A stretch of DNA of 55,375 nt from a virus (Duplodnaviria; Caudoviricetes): positions 1-55,375 of the IMG/VR virus record IMGVR_UViG_3300008110_000371. One strand, 5' to 3'. The translations under genes were made by a program, and so were the position numbers. Position 1 is the stretch's first letter, and each line of letters starts with the position of its first letter. Under the pieces are notes generated by a model that saw only the letters and a list, made by a program, of their open reading frames with translations, was not told where the DNA came from and did not search any database. Of this stretch, positions 18,886 to 28,050 are shown piece by piece.

Positions 18886-18965
18886 CGCTGCTCCTTATTC
18901 ATGGGGCGATTATCAGCCTAATAATACTCAAACTCAAGCTGTGTTGAAGACCCGATGCAAAAGCA

Positions 18966-21458
18966 TCAGTAGTACTCAAATTCCAATTGCGTTGATGGCT
19001 CATCGGCCTCATCGTCGTCCAACGCAACAAAGTTCCCGGCCCTGAACCGGCTGATGGCCTGCACGGTGCTATCGACCAAGTCATCATTATCGCCCTTGGG
19101 GAAAGCGGCACACTCCTCAATCAACTCCTCTGCCCACTTCGTTTGTGGTGCCCAGACCATCCCCGACTCAAACACGGGTGCAACAGCATTCGCGCGGGCG
19201 ATCTTATCCTGATTCTTCTTCCTGCCTCCCGGTGCATAAGTCGTCACAGGAATGCCCACGCGCCGAAGCTCCTGCTGCAAACTCGTCCCCGTGGCCTTGG
19301 CCTCGATCAACACATTATCCGGTCGCCAGTGATCGTACTGGGCCTTAGCTACCCTTTTGAGTTCCGGAAAGTCCCAACGGCCTTTTTTAACATCGAGGAG
19401 AATAATGGCAGGTCCGTCGTCTGCGCTGGGACGGAATACACCCCAGGTGGTGATGGCTGAAAAGTCAGCTGTCTCCTTCTTGCTGTATGCAGTGTCATAG
19501 CTCTGGATAACATATTCAACTTCGGGGGTGTAATCATTTTCCCAGATCCTCCACCAGTCACGCTTTAAAATCGCCCCCTCATCATTGGTGGGCTGCTGCT
19601 GATACATCGACTGCCACTTCTGCACCGACAACGTCGCCCGGACCTTTTGCAACTCATCAAGGCTCCAGTAGCTTGGCCAAAGGGGCTTTTCGTCCTCGGT
19701 ATGCTCATTCAATATCGCCGGAAACTCAATCACTTCCCACTGATCCGACTTCGGCTCCGCTTGCGACCTGATCAACCGTGCCGTCAGATCCTTCATCCCC
19801 CAGCGGGTCATCACAACCACCACCGCCCCTCCGGGTTGCAAACGTGACCGAGGGCCCGAGGTGTACCACTCCCAGGCATTATCCAAAGCAAGCTCTGACA
19901 AAGCGTCCTGTTCGGAATGCGGATCGTCAATAATCAAAAGATCCGCACCGCGCCCTGTCATCGCACCCCCCACACCCACTGCGTAATACTCCCCGCCACC
20001 ATTGGTGTCCCACCGACCAGCAGCCTTTGAATCCGCCTTCAAACTCACCGCCGGAAACAAAGCCTTGTAGTTGTCCTGATCCATCAAGTTACGAACCTTT
20101 CTGCCAAAGCGCACCGCTAACTCGCCGTTGTGCGTGGCTTGAATGATCTTGGACCTTGGCTCACGGCCCATGGCAAAGGCAGGCAAGAGGTAGGACGCAA
20201 ACTCACTTTTCGTGTTATGCGTACACAGATACCCGTCCCCCGCTAAAAACAACCCGTCCCCTCGATCAACCTTGATGCATTGTGTATCGCCTGTCTCATG
20301 AAGCCTTTCTACGGTAATGTATCGGCCAAAGGTCCGCTCGCCCGTCAAAAGACGTTCACGCTTTTTAGGCAACAAACAACAATCACTGTGGTAAAACGAC
20401 ACACGCCACGTTAGGCCATACGACTTGTCACCAATCTTGGCCTCTGACTCAAGCACCGAGGCCTTTGTGCCAAGGCTTCGAATTAACTGCGCAACATCCT
20501 GCGCCATGCGCCAATCGCTTTGAGCAAAAGAACACTGTCCCTTCTTGCTTACACACCCGTCCGTATCCATTAACCCACGCAACAAATCAAGACGTTGTGT
20601 CACCGATCCAAGCATATAAACCTCTGGGATATGCTTATTGCCAAGAACGCCCAGCTCTTTAAGCTTTACTTGAAGGTCAAGCGTGCCGAAGGTTTTCCGT
20701 GTCGCTTGATCCGTGGTTCTTGTTCCACGGCGCTCAAACTCCTGGCGCAAAAACACCCTGTTCTTATCATCCGCCGTAATAATCCCTGAGTTTTTCGAAC
20801 CATCCCCAAGCCATACACCCAGTACATACGGGTCAACCAAAAGGTCTTTTTCCTCGTACTGAACAGGTTTCACATCTGGCAGTCTTGGCAGTCGAACGTC
20901 TATCGCTCGCTTACCCTTCAAAAACTCTGTCTTACCACCACGCGTCTTTCTCAAGACCTCACCATGCTGCCTTCGCCACAACTCCTCCGTGGTGTAGTCA
21001 TGATAAATCCCGTGCTTTCGATCAAGCCTCACGGTCCACAGATGCTCGCCATCCACAACTAACGATGCACCATCGTCGGACGTCACACGATAAAGCGTTC
21101 TGCCACGGAATACCTCTGATTTTCCAATGACTTTGGCGGGCGAGCCATCGACCGAGAACACCGAATCACCGACCTGGAGCTCGGCCATGGTCTTCCACCC
21201 TTGTGTCGTCGGTATCTTCATACTAGTCATTATAGCATGACGTGGAGGCATATTCACGATCAAGCGCTTTAACTCACCATTGATGATGCGGTCAAAGGCG
21301 TTGGCCATGCGACTGTGATGGGCGCTGAAGATCGCCTCCGGCCAAACATAACGAGCAAAGTCCAAGAAAGACTGAGTGCTCTTTTCTTGAGCATCAAGGA
21401 TCCTGAGCCTTAGCTCAAGGCGCAGTTTCTCGGCTTCAACGTCGGCGGGAAGGGTCAT
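18966..21458 (-). CDS. terL: Terminase large subunit, intein-containing
   Basis: Walker A 'NMPPRH|TKSEF' (split by the intein), Walker B 'LLIIDDP', 'VVVMTRW', RNase H-like 'QSYDTA' and 'DDLVDS'; ATG 21458 (alternative TTG 21476). Confidence 0.92.
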   Translation of the reverse strand: MTLPADVEAEKLRLELRLRILDAQEKSTQSFLDFARYVWPEAIFSAHHSRMANAFDRIINGELKRLIVNMPPRHAIMTSMKIPTTQGWKTMAELQVGDSVFSVDGSPAKVIGKSEVFRGRTLYRVTSDDGASLVVDGEHLWTVRLDRKHGIYHDYTTEELWRRQHGEVLRKTRGGKTEFLKGKRAIDVRLPRLPDVKPVQYEEKDLLVDPYVLGVWLGDGSKNSGIITADDKNRVFLRQEFERRGTRTTDQATRKTFGTLDLQVKLKELGVLGNKHIPEVYMLGSVTQRLDLLRGLMDTDGCVSKKGQCSFAQSDWRMAQDVAQLIRSLGTKASVLESEAKIGDKSYGLTWRVSFYHSDCCLLPKKRERLLTGERTFGRYITVERLHETGDTQCIKVDRGDGLFLAGDGYLCTHNTKSEFASYLLPAFAMGREPRSKIIQATHNGELAVRFGRKVRNLMDQDNYKALFPAVSLKADSKAAGRWDTNGGGEYYAVGVGGAMTGRGADLLIIDDPHSEQDALSELALDNAWEWYTSGPRSRLQPGGAVVVVMTRWGMKDLTARLIRSQAEPKSDQWEVIEFPAILNEHTEDEKPLWPSYWSLDELQKVRATLSVQKWQSMYQQQPTNDEGAILKRDWWRIWENDYTPEVEYVIQSYDTAYSKKETADFSAITTWGVFRPSADDGPAIILLDVKKGRWDFPELKRVAKAQYDHWRPDNVLIEAKATGTSLQQELRRVGIPVTTYAPGGRKKNQDKIARANAVAPVFESGMVWAPQTKWAEELIEECAAFPKGDNDDLVDSTVQAISRFRAGNFVALDDDEADEPSTQLEFEYY
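20214..21236 (-). mobile_element. Intein (341 aa) with LAGLIDADG endonuclease; Ala1 class-3-type
   Basis: Starts AIMTSMKIPTTQGW and ends YLCTHN/T; LAGLIDADG motifs 'YVLGVWLGDG' and 'LLRGLMDTDG'; W (block B, EHLW), C (block F, TQCIKV), T (block G, CTHN). Confidence 0.9.
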
Positions 21459-21696
21459 TGGTTTTGAAATTTGCAAAAAATTTTCAGGGAAATCGTGTTC
21501 TAGAACAAGGGGGTGGGTTTCTGGAAACGAGAAAAGTGTACTTATATCAGAAAACTGTTTTAGGCCCTAGTTGTTTTTGCGAAACCGGGCCAAGGTCGGC
21601 GTCCGCTGCGAGGGCCGGGCCATCGCGCTGGATTCTAGAACCTAGAGCGTTATGAAATCTATCGATCGCCGTCGGGACTCGCCCCAGGGGCGGGGG

Positions 21697-21801
21697 CCAG
21701 GGCGCCAGGGCGCGTACCAGGGCGCACGCCTGGGCGATCGGGGCCCGCGTACCAGGGCGCAGCATGCGAGGCCCAAGGCCCAAGGCCCAAGGCCCAAGGC
21801 C
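21697..21801. repeat. GC-rich short repeat cluster upstream of terL
   Basis: Four CCAGGGCGC units, then (GGCCCAA)x4 at 21770-21797. Confidence 0.7.
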
Positions 21802-21956
21802 AGCGAGCCACTCTGAGGAGCTAAGGATCATGGGGGATTGACAAGGGATCAAGGCGCAAGGATCACGCGCCTAGTTTTGATTGATGCGCCAAATGCATTA
21901 ATCATCACGCATTGATGCATTGGGTTAAATCACAGTCTTTGCAGACCTTAAAATAC

Positions 21957-21980
21957 AAAAAGACCGCACAAGGCGGTCTT
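21957..21980 (-). terminator. Rho-independent terminator ending the small-gene cassette array
   Basis: Minus strand AAGACCGC-CTTGT-GCGGTC followed by TTTTT. Confidence 0.7.
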
Positions 21981-22019
21981 GATCGGAAAAAACCGTATTA
22001 AATCAGACAGTTACCACGA

Positions 22020-22295
22020 TTAAACTGAAATTGACCCGTACTCAATGGCGAAAACTGGCTCGCGTGTAAGCTTATCAACAATAACCAAGTTATATTGGTC
22101 ATCCTCAACGTCTGCCAGTGAGGGGTCACGGATAAAGCCCTCAGACATCATCCGATCAAGGACATATTCTGGCTCACGGTCTATGTCTATAGTGATTTCA
22201 CCTACGTTGTACCAAGCATTCCATGTCCAACCCTCTTCACTATCCACCCATGCATCGATGGATAAAACTTTGAATGTATGCTCTTTCATAATCAT
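22020..22295 (-). CDS. Small acidic hypothetical protein
   Basis: 91 aa, 'LSIDAW...GWTWNAW'; own promoter and AAAGGG SD. Confidence 0.6.
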   Translation of the reverse strand: MIMKEHTFKVLSIDAWVDSEEGWTWNAWYNVGEITIDIDREPEYVLDRMMSEGFIRDPSLADVEDDQYNLVIVDKLTREPVFAIEYGSISV

Positions 22296-22336
22296 CCCTT
22301 TCTGTCTGTATTGCTAGCGTATCGCTAGTGGGATTA

Positions 22337-22364
22337 AGTATACACTTTTTATTGACGCATGCAA
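22337..22364 (-). promoter_or_regulatory. Putative sigma70-type early promoter
   Basis: TTGCAT-N16-TATACT. Confidence 0.55.
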
Positions 22365-22367
22365 GGC

Positions 22368-22607
22368 CTAAAAGGTCACCCTTAATTCAGTGGCGATATT
22401 CCACGCCAATGTATATGCATGCTCCCTTACTTGGTCAGACTCAAGACCAAATTCCTCTAAAACTTCCTCAAAATGGGCCTCTTCGTTGTCGATTGTGTAC
22501 TGTATAAGTCGACTAATCATTTGAAAAACTTCCTCAAAATGGGCCTCTTCGTTGTCGATTGTGTACTGTATAAGTCGACTAATCATTTGAAGTTGAGTGC
22601 TATCCAT
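22368..22607 (-). CDS. Small acidic hypothetical protein with an internal 22-aa tandem duplication
   Basis: Likely start MDSTQLQ (AGGGG SD); QMISRLIQYTIDNEEAHFEEV occurs twice. Confidence 0.55.
   Translation of the reverse strand: MDSTQLQMISRLIQYTIDNEEAHFEEVFQMISRLIQYTIDNEEAHFEEVLEEFGLESDQVREHAYTLAWNIATELRVTF
22459..22590. repeat. Exact 66-bp tandem duplication
   Basis: Two consecutive identical copies, period 66. Confidence 0.9.
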
Positions 22608-22689
22608 AAAAACCCCTATAAGAAAAACCCAAAAAACAAGGCGCATGCAAGCCCTGCGCCGAAAACGGAGGCTATAAGCCAATCCATGC

Positions 22690-22929
22690 CTAAACCTCAA
22701 GCTTTTCATTTTCCTCCTGATAGTGGGAGGCGATTTCATGCCAATTAACTTCAGAAATGAAGGTTAGAGCATAATCACGCGCCACGCCTTCGGGGGTCGT
22801 CGAATAGATTATTTCTTCGGCAAACTCTTTAGCGCTGTCGGGATCCCAAGGCCCCTCGGATCCGTCGAATAGCTCTAAATTGACGCGCCATGTAGCGTAG
22901 TTAGTCCAACCATTGTATGTAGTTGCCAT
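22690..22929 (-). CDS. Conserved small phage protein (YNGWTNY.TW family)
   Basis: MATTYNGWTNYATWRVNL...VNWHEIA; AGGAG SD. Confidence 0.7.
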   Translation of the reverse strand: MATTYNGWTNYATWRVNLELFDGSEGPWDPDSAKEFAEEIIYSTTPEGVARDYALTFISEVNWHEIASHYQEENEKLEV

Positions 22930-22937
22930 GATCGATT

Positions 22938-23007
22938 TCTCCTGTATGAAAGCCAGTCAAAATGACTGGCTTGATTGGAAGTATATACATATTTAAAGAG
23001 TTTGCAA
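22938..23007 (-). promoter_or_regulatory. Promoter, 5' leader and RBS cassette (copy 1)
   Basis: TTGCAA-N16-TATACT; leader with AAGCCAGTCA-N3-TGACTGGCTT inverted repeat and ACAGGAGA SD; near-identical to 23540-23611. Confidence 0.7.
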
Positions 23008-23008
23008 G

Positions 23009-23335
23009 TTAGCTCGACAACTTAGCTATCATCTGTTTCGCCTCTGATGTTACGTTTGAAACCATGTCAATATAATAACCGCCTTCGATGAAGTCTCGCA
23101 CTGACTCATAGAGGCACCCGCCTAAGTAATCCGATCCAAGCAATACATCGTGCTTGTACGCCTCAACGCGAGCAACGAACCAAAGCAATAGGCCCTTGTC
23201 TATCTTGTCGCATATATCTTCCAAGTCTTCAATAGCATCATCAAATAAGTCTCTCGGGTGCATGTCTTCTGGTGCAAAACTGAGCACGACACGGAACCCG
23301 TCTATGTCTTCAGTGTTAACCTGTTCATATATCAT
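23009..23335 (-). CDS. Small acidic hypothetical protein
   Basis: 108 aa, 'WFVARVEA...LGSDYLGGCLY'; GAGGGGG SD. Confidence 0.65.
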   Translation of the reverse strand: MIYEQVNTEDIDGFRVVLSFAPEDMHPRDLFDDAIEDLEDICDKIDKGLLLWFVARVEAYKHDVLLGSDYLGGCLYESVRDFIEGGYYIDMVSNVTSEAKQMIAKLSS

Positions 23336-23349
23336 TTTAACCCCCTCTG

Positions 23350-23535
23350 TTAGACTTGAGCACTCTTCGCAATTGATTGGAACATCTTGTAATAGTCGCG
23401 AGCGATACGATAGTCATCACAGCGTACCTTATCCCGTAATTCGGATCCCACATAACATTGCACTAGGTACATGCCCGAGGGATGAAGACGGTCTAAAGTT
23501 GCGTAACCGTTTGAAAAAACCTTAATTTTGGTCAT
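23350..23535 (-). CDS. Small hypothetical protein
   Basis: 61 aa; preceded by the repeated promoter/SD cassette. Confidence 0.6.
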   Translation of the reverse strand: MTKIKVFSNGYATLDRLHPSGMYLVQCYVGSELRDKVRCDDYRIARDYYKMFQSIAKSAQV

Positions 23536-23539
23536 GTCA

Positions 23540-23611
23540 TTCTCCTGTATGAAAGCCAGTCAAAATGACTGGCTTGATTGGAAGTATACACATAACCAAA
23601 ACGCTTTGCAA
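23540..23611 (-). promoter_or_regulatory. Promoter, 5' leader and RBS cassette (copy 2)
   Basis: TTGCAA-N17-TATACT; same ~48-bp leader as copy 1. Confidence 0.7.
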
Positions 23612-23697
23612 ACTATCGCCTTTTCTTATCACTAGTGAGAGCCCGAAGGGCGGACATCAAAACAAAATTCCGAAACAGCGTCCACACGAGAGCCCAC

Positions 23698-23892
23698 TTA
23701 GATTGATGCATGTTCAACACCCTTCGAAAGCCACTCGTCCAAGTTTTCCCGGATAGCAATCGCTTGCTCACGGGTAATCGGGCTGGAGCAATGCGCGCCC
23801 GTCTTCCAAAGTGCAAGCCACAGTCCGGTCTCATGGTCGCTGAGTGTTAAACGCTCATAATTACCAAGTTCAATTGCTGCATTCCATTCCAT
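23698..23892 (-). CDS. Small hypothetical protein
   Basis: Likely start MEWNAAIELG after AAAGGAGA SD; promoter TTGCAA-N16-TATAGT at 23924-23951. Confidence 0.55.
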   Translation of the reverse strand: MEWNAAIELGNYERLTLSDHETGLWLALWKTGAHCSSPITREQAIAIRENLDEWLSKGVEHASI

Positions 23893-23924
23893 CACTTTCT
23901 CCTTTCTTAAACATCGAGCCTTAA

Positions 23925-24341
23925 CTATACACTTTTCAAAAAGCTTTGCAAGCCTCCCGAATCCCCAATCCGCCAAACCGCATTCGGTTTTTCGCTTATC
24001 CCTCGCTTGGCAACTTCAACCACGCGATTAGCACGATAGCCGTAAACATCAGTATCGACCGAGCGAAGCACGCTCTCAGGCCAGTAATGCACAAGCAAGG
24101 CATAGCCAATGCCTGCTTCGCTGGCCTGATGAGCAAAGGCGATCTGGTGAGGCGAGAGTGCAACTTTCGCCCCTGCCCTGACAACCTTCAACTCCAGGAA
24201 CACGACACGCCCATCGAGGGCAATCATCACGTCAGGAAAACCCAGCGGAAGCTTGCACTCAACTCTCATCGTCATGGAACAAAGGTCTTTCAATTGGGGC
24301 TGCACCCTTTTCCAAAAGTCCTTTTCTAATTTTCTCGGCAT
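23925..24341 (-). CDS. VRR-NUC / Holliday junction resolvase-like PD-(D/E)XK nuclease
   Basis: 'EKDFW...RVE....GFPDVMI...VVFLELKV......LSPHQIAF'. Confidence 0.75.
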   Translation of the reverse strand: MPRKLEKDFWKRVQPQLKDLCSMTMRVECKLPLGFPDVMIALDGRVVFLELKVVRAGAKVALSPHQIAFAHQASEAGIGYALLVHYWPESVLRSVDTDVYGYRANRVVEVAKRGISEKPNAVWRIGDSGGLQSFLKSV

Positions 24342-25083
24342 TGCTCAACCTTTCCAAAACGGTAGGCTTAGACGGTGCAACGGGTTCCACGTCCAGCACC
24401 TCACCCTGGTCGGACACAATAGCGGGCTTGCTGCCCCCATAAAGCTTGCTGATTTCCTCAAGCTTTTTCATGACCTCTTCTTTGCTCATCGAATCAATCG
24501 TGCCAACCCGGATTTCCTTGCGCTCCACATAGATCGTCCCCAAGGCCTGCCCACGTCGATATTCAGCCGCCACTGCTGCCGAGTAGGCCCCCGCAGCCAA
24601 GGCCATGTCCCTGATCCGTTGCATGTCCTTCATGTGCCGTTCGAACGAAGTGCCATGCTTAACGGCAAGCTCCGTTCTCAATTCCTGGATCGCCTGGACA
24701 ATGTGGGGCGACTGATGGGGATCGGTAAGCTTCCTGGAGTGCCACTCAAGCGTACGTTCAGGATACCCAGCCCTCCTGGCCGCTTCCTTAAGCGTTACGT
24801 CCCCATCCCCGGTCACATACTCCTTAACGAACGTCCACTCCTGCTTGGTCAAGACCTTCTTGCGAACCTTCTTGGGCAACGGCGTAGTAATCCGTTTCTC
24901 AACAACCTCTGGCCGCATCAAGGGGATCTGGTCTAACAAAGGCTTCTGTTCCCGAAGCGGCACTCCAGGCGTGACCACGCCCGTGCTCACGTCGAACACC
25001 GAAGCACCAACGCCAACACCCCCAGAAACCCCCTCAGAACCGTCTACAAGCGATTCTTTCACCGAATCCTTCTGCATACCCAT
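24259..25083 (-). CDS. terS: Terminase small subunit
   Basis: HTH 'LTKQEWTFVKEYV...TLKEAARRAGY' plus 'YSAAVAAEYRRGQALG.IYVERKEIRVGTIDSMS'. Confidence 0.75.
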   Translation of the reverse strand: MGMQKDSVKESLVDGSEGVSGGVGVGASVFDVSTGVVTPGVPLREQKPLLDQIPLMRPEVVEKRITTPLPKKVRKKVLTKQEWTFVKEYVTGDGDVTLKEAARRAGYPERTLEWHSRKLTDPHQSPHIVQAIQELRTELAVKHGTSFERHMKDMQRIRDMALAAGAYSAAVAAEYRRGQALGTIYVERKEIRVGTIDSMSKEEVMKKLEEISKLYGGSKPAIVSDQGEVLDVEPVAPSKPTVLERLSNAEKIRKGLLEKGAAPIERPLFHDDES

Positions 25084-25325
25084 TCCCCTTCATCAGAACT
25101 GCTCTGGCGCACCCAGAACTGCCTTCCTGGATGCCTTGCATAAAACGACTGCAACCCTGATCGAACAGCACTGGCCTCGCCCATCGATCTTAGAACAAAG
25201 TAATCGCCAATCAACATCTTGGCAAAAGGATACTTTGCCCTTCCCGTAGGCCCGAAAACAACACCCCAATCCCGAGGCGTGATCCCTGGCAAACGGATCT
25301 CTTCATCTTTCGCTTTGCTCACCAA
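25059..25325 (-). CDS. Small putative DNA-binding protein
   Basis: 'GRAKYPFAKMLIGDYF' phage motif; AAGGAGG SD. Confidence 0.55.
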   Translation of the reverse strand: MVSKAKDEEIRLPGITPRDWGVVFGPTGRAKYPFAKMLIGDYFVLRSMGEASAVRSGLQSFYARHPGRQFWVRQSSSDEGEWVCRRIR

Positions 25326-25329
25326 AAAA

Positions 25330-25860
<531 letters not shown>

Positions 25861-25920
25861 GACCCTTGGTCCATGAGCCTTGATCCCTGCCACTTCCTCA
25901 CTAAGTTAGTGCCCACTAAC

Positions 25921-25957
25921 AAAACAAAAAGACCCGTGAGCCTTGACCCACGGGCCT
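25921..25957 (-). terminator. Putative rho-independent terminator
   Basis: Minus strand GGCCCGTGGG-TCAAGG-CTCACGGGTC followed by TTTTTGTTTT. Confidence 0.6.
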
Positions 25958-26002
25958 CAATCCGTGAGCCTTGATCCTTAATCCTTGGACCTTGACCCCC
26001 GG

Positions 26003-26102
26003 GCCTACCAAATCTCCTCTGTAACCCGGTTACGGAGGATGTTTTGCCTTTGCGCGCCTACCAAATCTCCTCTGTAACCCGGTTACGGAGGATGTTTTGC
26101 CT
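26003..26102. repeat. Two 47-bp direct repeats, each containing a hairpin
   Basis: GCCTACCAAATCTCCTCTGTAACCCGGTTACGGAGGATGTTTTGCCT at 26003 and 26056. Confidence 0.85.
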
Positions 26103-26110
26103 ATGCTTGC

Positions 26111-26347
26111 CTACTGCACCGCCAGTTGCTTATGCCTTCTGTTGGTGTAGTGCAGGGTTGCTGCATGGACGTGCTCACCGAAAGTGATCTCGCGCACCCC
26201 CTCAACGTCTGCTGCTGTCATAGCGGGCCCCAGGAAGATCATTTTTTGCCCATCGGCAAGTGTGACGTAGAGCACCTGGACGTCTTTTTCAAAGCCAAAA
26301 GCCTCCAGGATCGTCCCTGGGAGGTTTTCTAGATCATTAAGGTCCAT
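26111..26347 (-). CDS. Hypothetical protein
   Basis: 78-aa ORF with AAGGGG SD. Confidence 0.55.
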   Translation of the reverse strand: MDLNDLENLPGTILEAFGFEKDVQVLYVTLADGQKMIFLGPAMTAADVEGVREITFGEHVHAATLHYTNRRHKQLAVQ

Positions 26348-26382
26348 ACCCCTTACTCCTTATAAAAAGACGCCCAGAGCGC

Positions 26383-26586
26383 CTATAAAAACATTTCCCC
26401 TTGCATAGCGTTGCGGCGCTCGAGCATGTTCTCCGCCATCGAGAAGGCCAGGATGGCCACACGGTCGCGGTAGATTTCGTTTTGCATAAGCAGTTCGATG
26501 TTTTCTTTGCCATACGCGGCGATTGCCCCTTGCATCGCGGCCATAGCGTAGTCGTCAAATAAAGTTCTTTGCATAGTATTAGACAT
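26383..26586 (-). CDS. Conserved small phage protein
   Basis: 'DDYAMAAMQG...AFSMAENMLERR', resembling the phage 'RDYFAAKAMQ..AY..ADAML..R' family. Confidence 0.65.
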   Translation of the reverse strand: MSNTMQRTLFDDYAMAAMQGAIAAYGKENIELLMQNEIYRDRVAILAFSMAENMLERRNAMQGEMFL

Positions 26587-26770
26587 AGGTGTTACTCCTG
26601 TTTGCCATTTGCATGGTGCTGCTCCTGGTTAGGTTAAATAAAGTGACGGGAAAGGCAGATTACATGCCCGTCTCATGCCTGATGTCGCAGCATCACGTCC
26701 ACTGGATGCCGCGCAAGGGCACGCTCACATCTGCCATGCTAGTGCCCCTGCTGTACCACCCTACATCTTG

Positions 26771-27049
26771 TCAGCCGACGCCTTGTAAATAGTCCGCAGC
26801 CTCATCGTAGCCCGCTTGCCTGAGCGCTTTAAGGCAATGGTCAAGCCTACGCTCACCGACATCAAAAGCAAAGCTATCCAGGCTGGCCATATCGGCGTGA
26901 AATCTTGTCTGAGACTGGATATTCTTGCTGATGGTAATCCCGGCCTGTCTTGCCAGCTTGAACGTATCAAAGGAAAAAGACTCAACGGGACTGTGCTTTT
27001 CATCGACGAAGGACGTGGCCTTCTGGTGTGCATTGTGATCACCGCTCAT
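26771..27049 (-). CDS. Hypothetical protein
   Basis: Likely start MSGDHNAHQK after GGAGAG SD; 'KLARQAG' motif. Confidence 0.5.
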   Translation of the reverse strand: MSGDHNAHQKATSFVDEKHSPVESFSFDTFKLARQAGITISKNIQSQTRFHADMASLDSFAFDVGERRLDHCLKALRQAGYDEAADYLQGVG

Positions 27050-27243
27050 GTGCTGCTCTCCAGTAGTAATTTTTTGATATGTCCGGGGACCTTGGGCAGT
27101 GGTGCCCAAGCCAGTGCCCAATCGCCCCAAGTCCCGATCACGCAAGTCCCTCCTGGGTTCAATAGCAATAGCTTCACCCCCAGCGGTGGCTCCTGTTCCT
27201 GAGCCGTGCGCCATGAAGCTTCACCCGCGAGGTAGTCTTTCAT
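27046..27243 (-). CDS. DUF551-like small phage protein
   Basis: 'W......PP.GVKLLLL...AWAPLP'. Confidence 0.55.
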   Translation of the reverse strand: MKDYLAGEASWRTAQEQEPPLGVKLLLLNPGGTCVIGTWGDWALAWAPLPKVPGHIKKLLLESST

Positions 27244-27455
27244 GTCCTTGCTCGTATGACGTTGATTGCGTACGCGTAGTAATTGTGCGATTCGTTTCGC
27301 TCTTGCAATCGCTCAAGCATGTCAATGATCTGTTTCTCTTTCTCAGCGGCGACAAGGGCAGCGAAACGTTCAAGCTGATAAAAGGCATGAACAACCCCGT
27401 TGGAATCAGCAAGCCCTGCTTCCCGCGCCATGCGGATTATTTGTTCGCGGTTCAT
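27240..27455 (-). CDS. Small phage protein (REDIIRMAREAG family)
   Basis: 'MNREQIIRMAREAG...LERFAALVAAEKE...IRAR'. Confidence 0.65.
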   Translation of the reverse strand: MNREQIIRMAREAGLADSNGVVHAFYQLERFAALVAAEKEKQIIDMLERLQERNESHNYYAYAINVIRART

Positions 27456-27709
27456 CCTTCCACCCTTTCATAGGTCATGTCAAAGATGTCTGGCTTGCAC
27501 GGGTAATATTCACCCTTCACGCCGGTGATGATCCAGTCGCCGGGGGTGACGATGTGGCCGCCTTCAAGTGTGTCAATCCAGCCCGTGTCGGATTCAATCC
27601 ACTTGTCACTGATGCCGTCCCCAATCATGCGTTTTTTCACCATCGGATGGTCGCCGTGTTTGAACCATTGTGTGGCCTCGATGACCACGGGCTTTTTTCT
27701 GAATTTCAT
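27452..27709 (-). CDS. Conserved phage protein (KKPVVIEA...PGDWII..GEYYPCKPDIF family)
   Basis: Characteristic motif. Confidence 0.75.
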   Translation of the reverse strand: MKFRKKPVVIEATQWFKHGDHPMVKKRMIGDGISDKWIESDTGWIDTLEGGHIVTPGDWIITGVKGEYYPCKPDIFDMTYERVEG

Positions 27710-28050
27710 TTATTTCCCCTTGCTCGTATGGCTTCCGCGATCAGTTCCCCGTCTATTGACGGTCCCTCTTGAAAACAAATGGAAGCACACGCCTCACGCT
27801 CGGCAGCGATGCGCTCTTCAATCTGCCATTCAAGTTCTTCCAACAATTTTTCTATGCTGTCGCCATGACCGGTTGCGTAACCTTGGCTCATCATCCAAGC
27901 GGCCAGCTTCTCACGTTCGGCATCTGCAACAAGGGCAGCGAAACGTTCAAGTTCTTCCGGAGTAAGCACCACGAACTCGTTTAAGTACGGGTCTACTTTG
28001 TCCTTATCAGCAACTTCCCGCGCCATGCGGATGATGTCCTCTCTATCCAT
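27706..28050 (-). CDS. Small phage protein (REDIIRMARE family paralog)
   Basis: 'LERFAALVADAERE...GYATGHGD...AEREACA..C...AEAIRARG'. Confidence 0.65.
   Translation of the reverse strand: MDREDIIRMAREVADKDKVDPYLNEFVVLTPEELERFAALVADAEREKLAAWMMSQGYATGHGDSIEKLLEELEWQIEERIAAEREACASICFQEGPSIDGELIAEAIRARGNK

Noticed and set aside
26003-26102. Possible mini-CRISPR array
   Set aside because: Only two 47-bp repeats separated by 6 bp; no spacers and no cas operon
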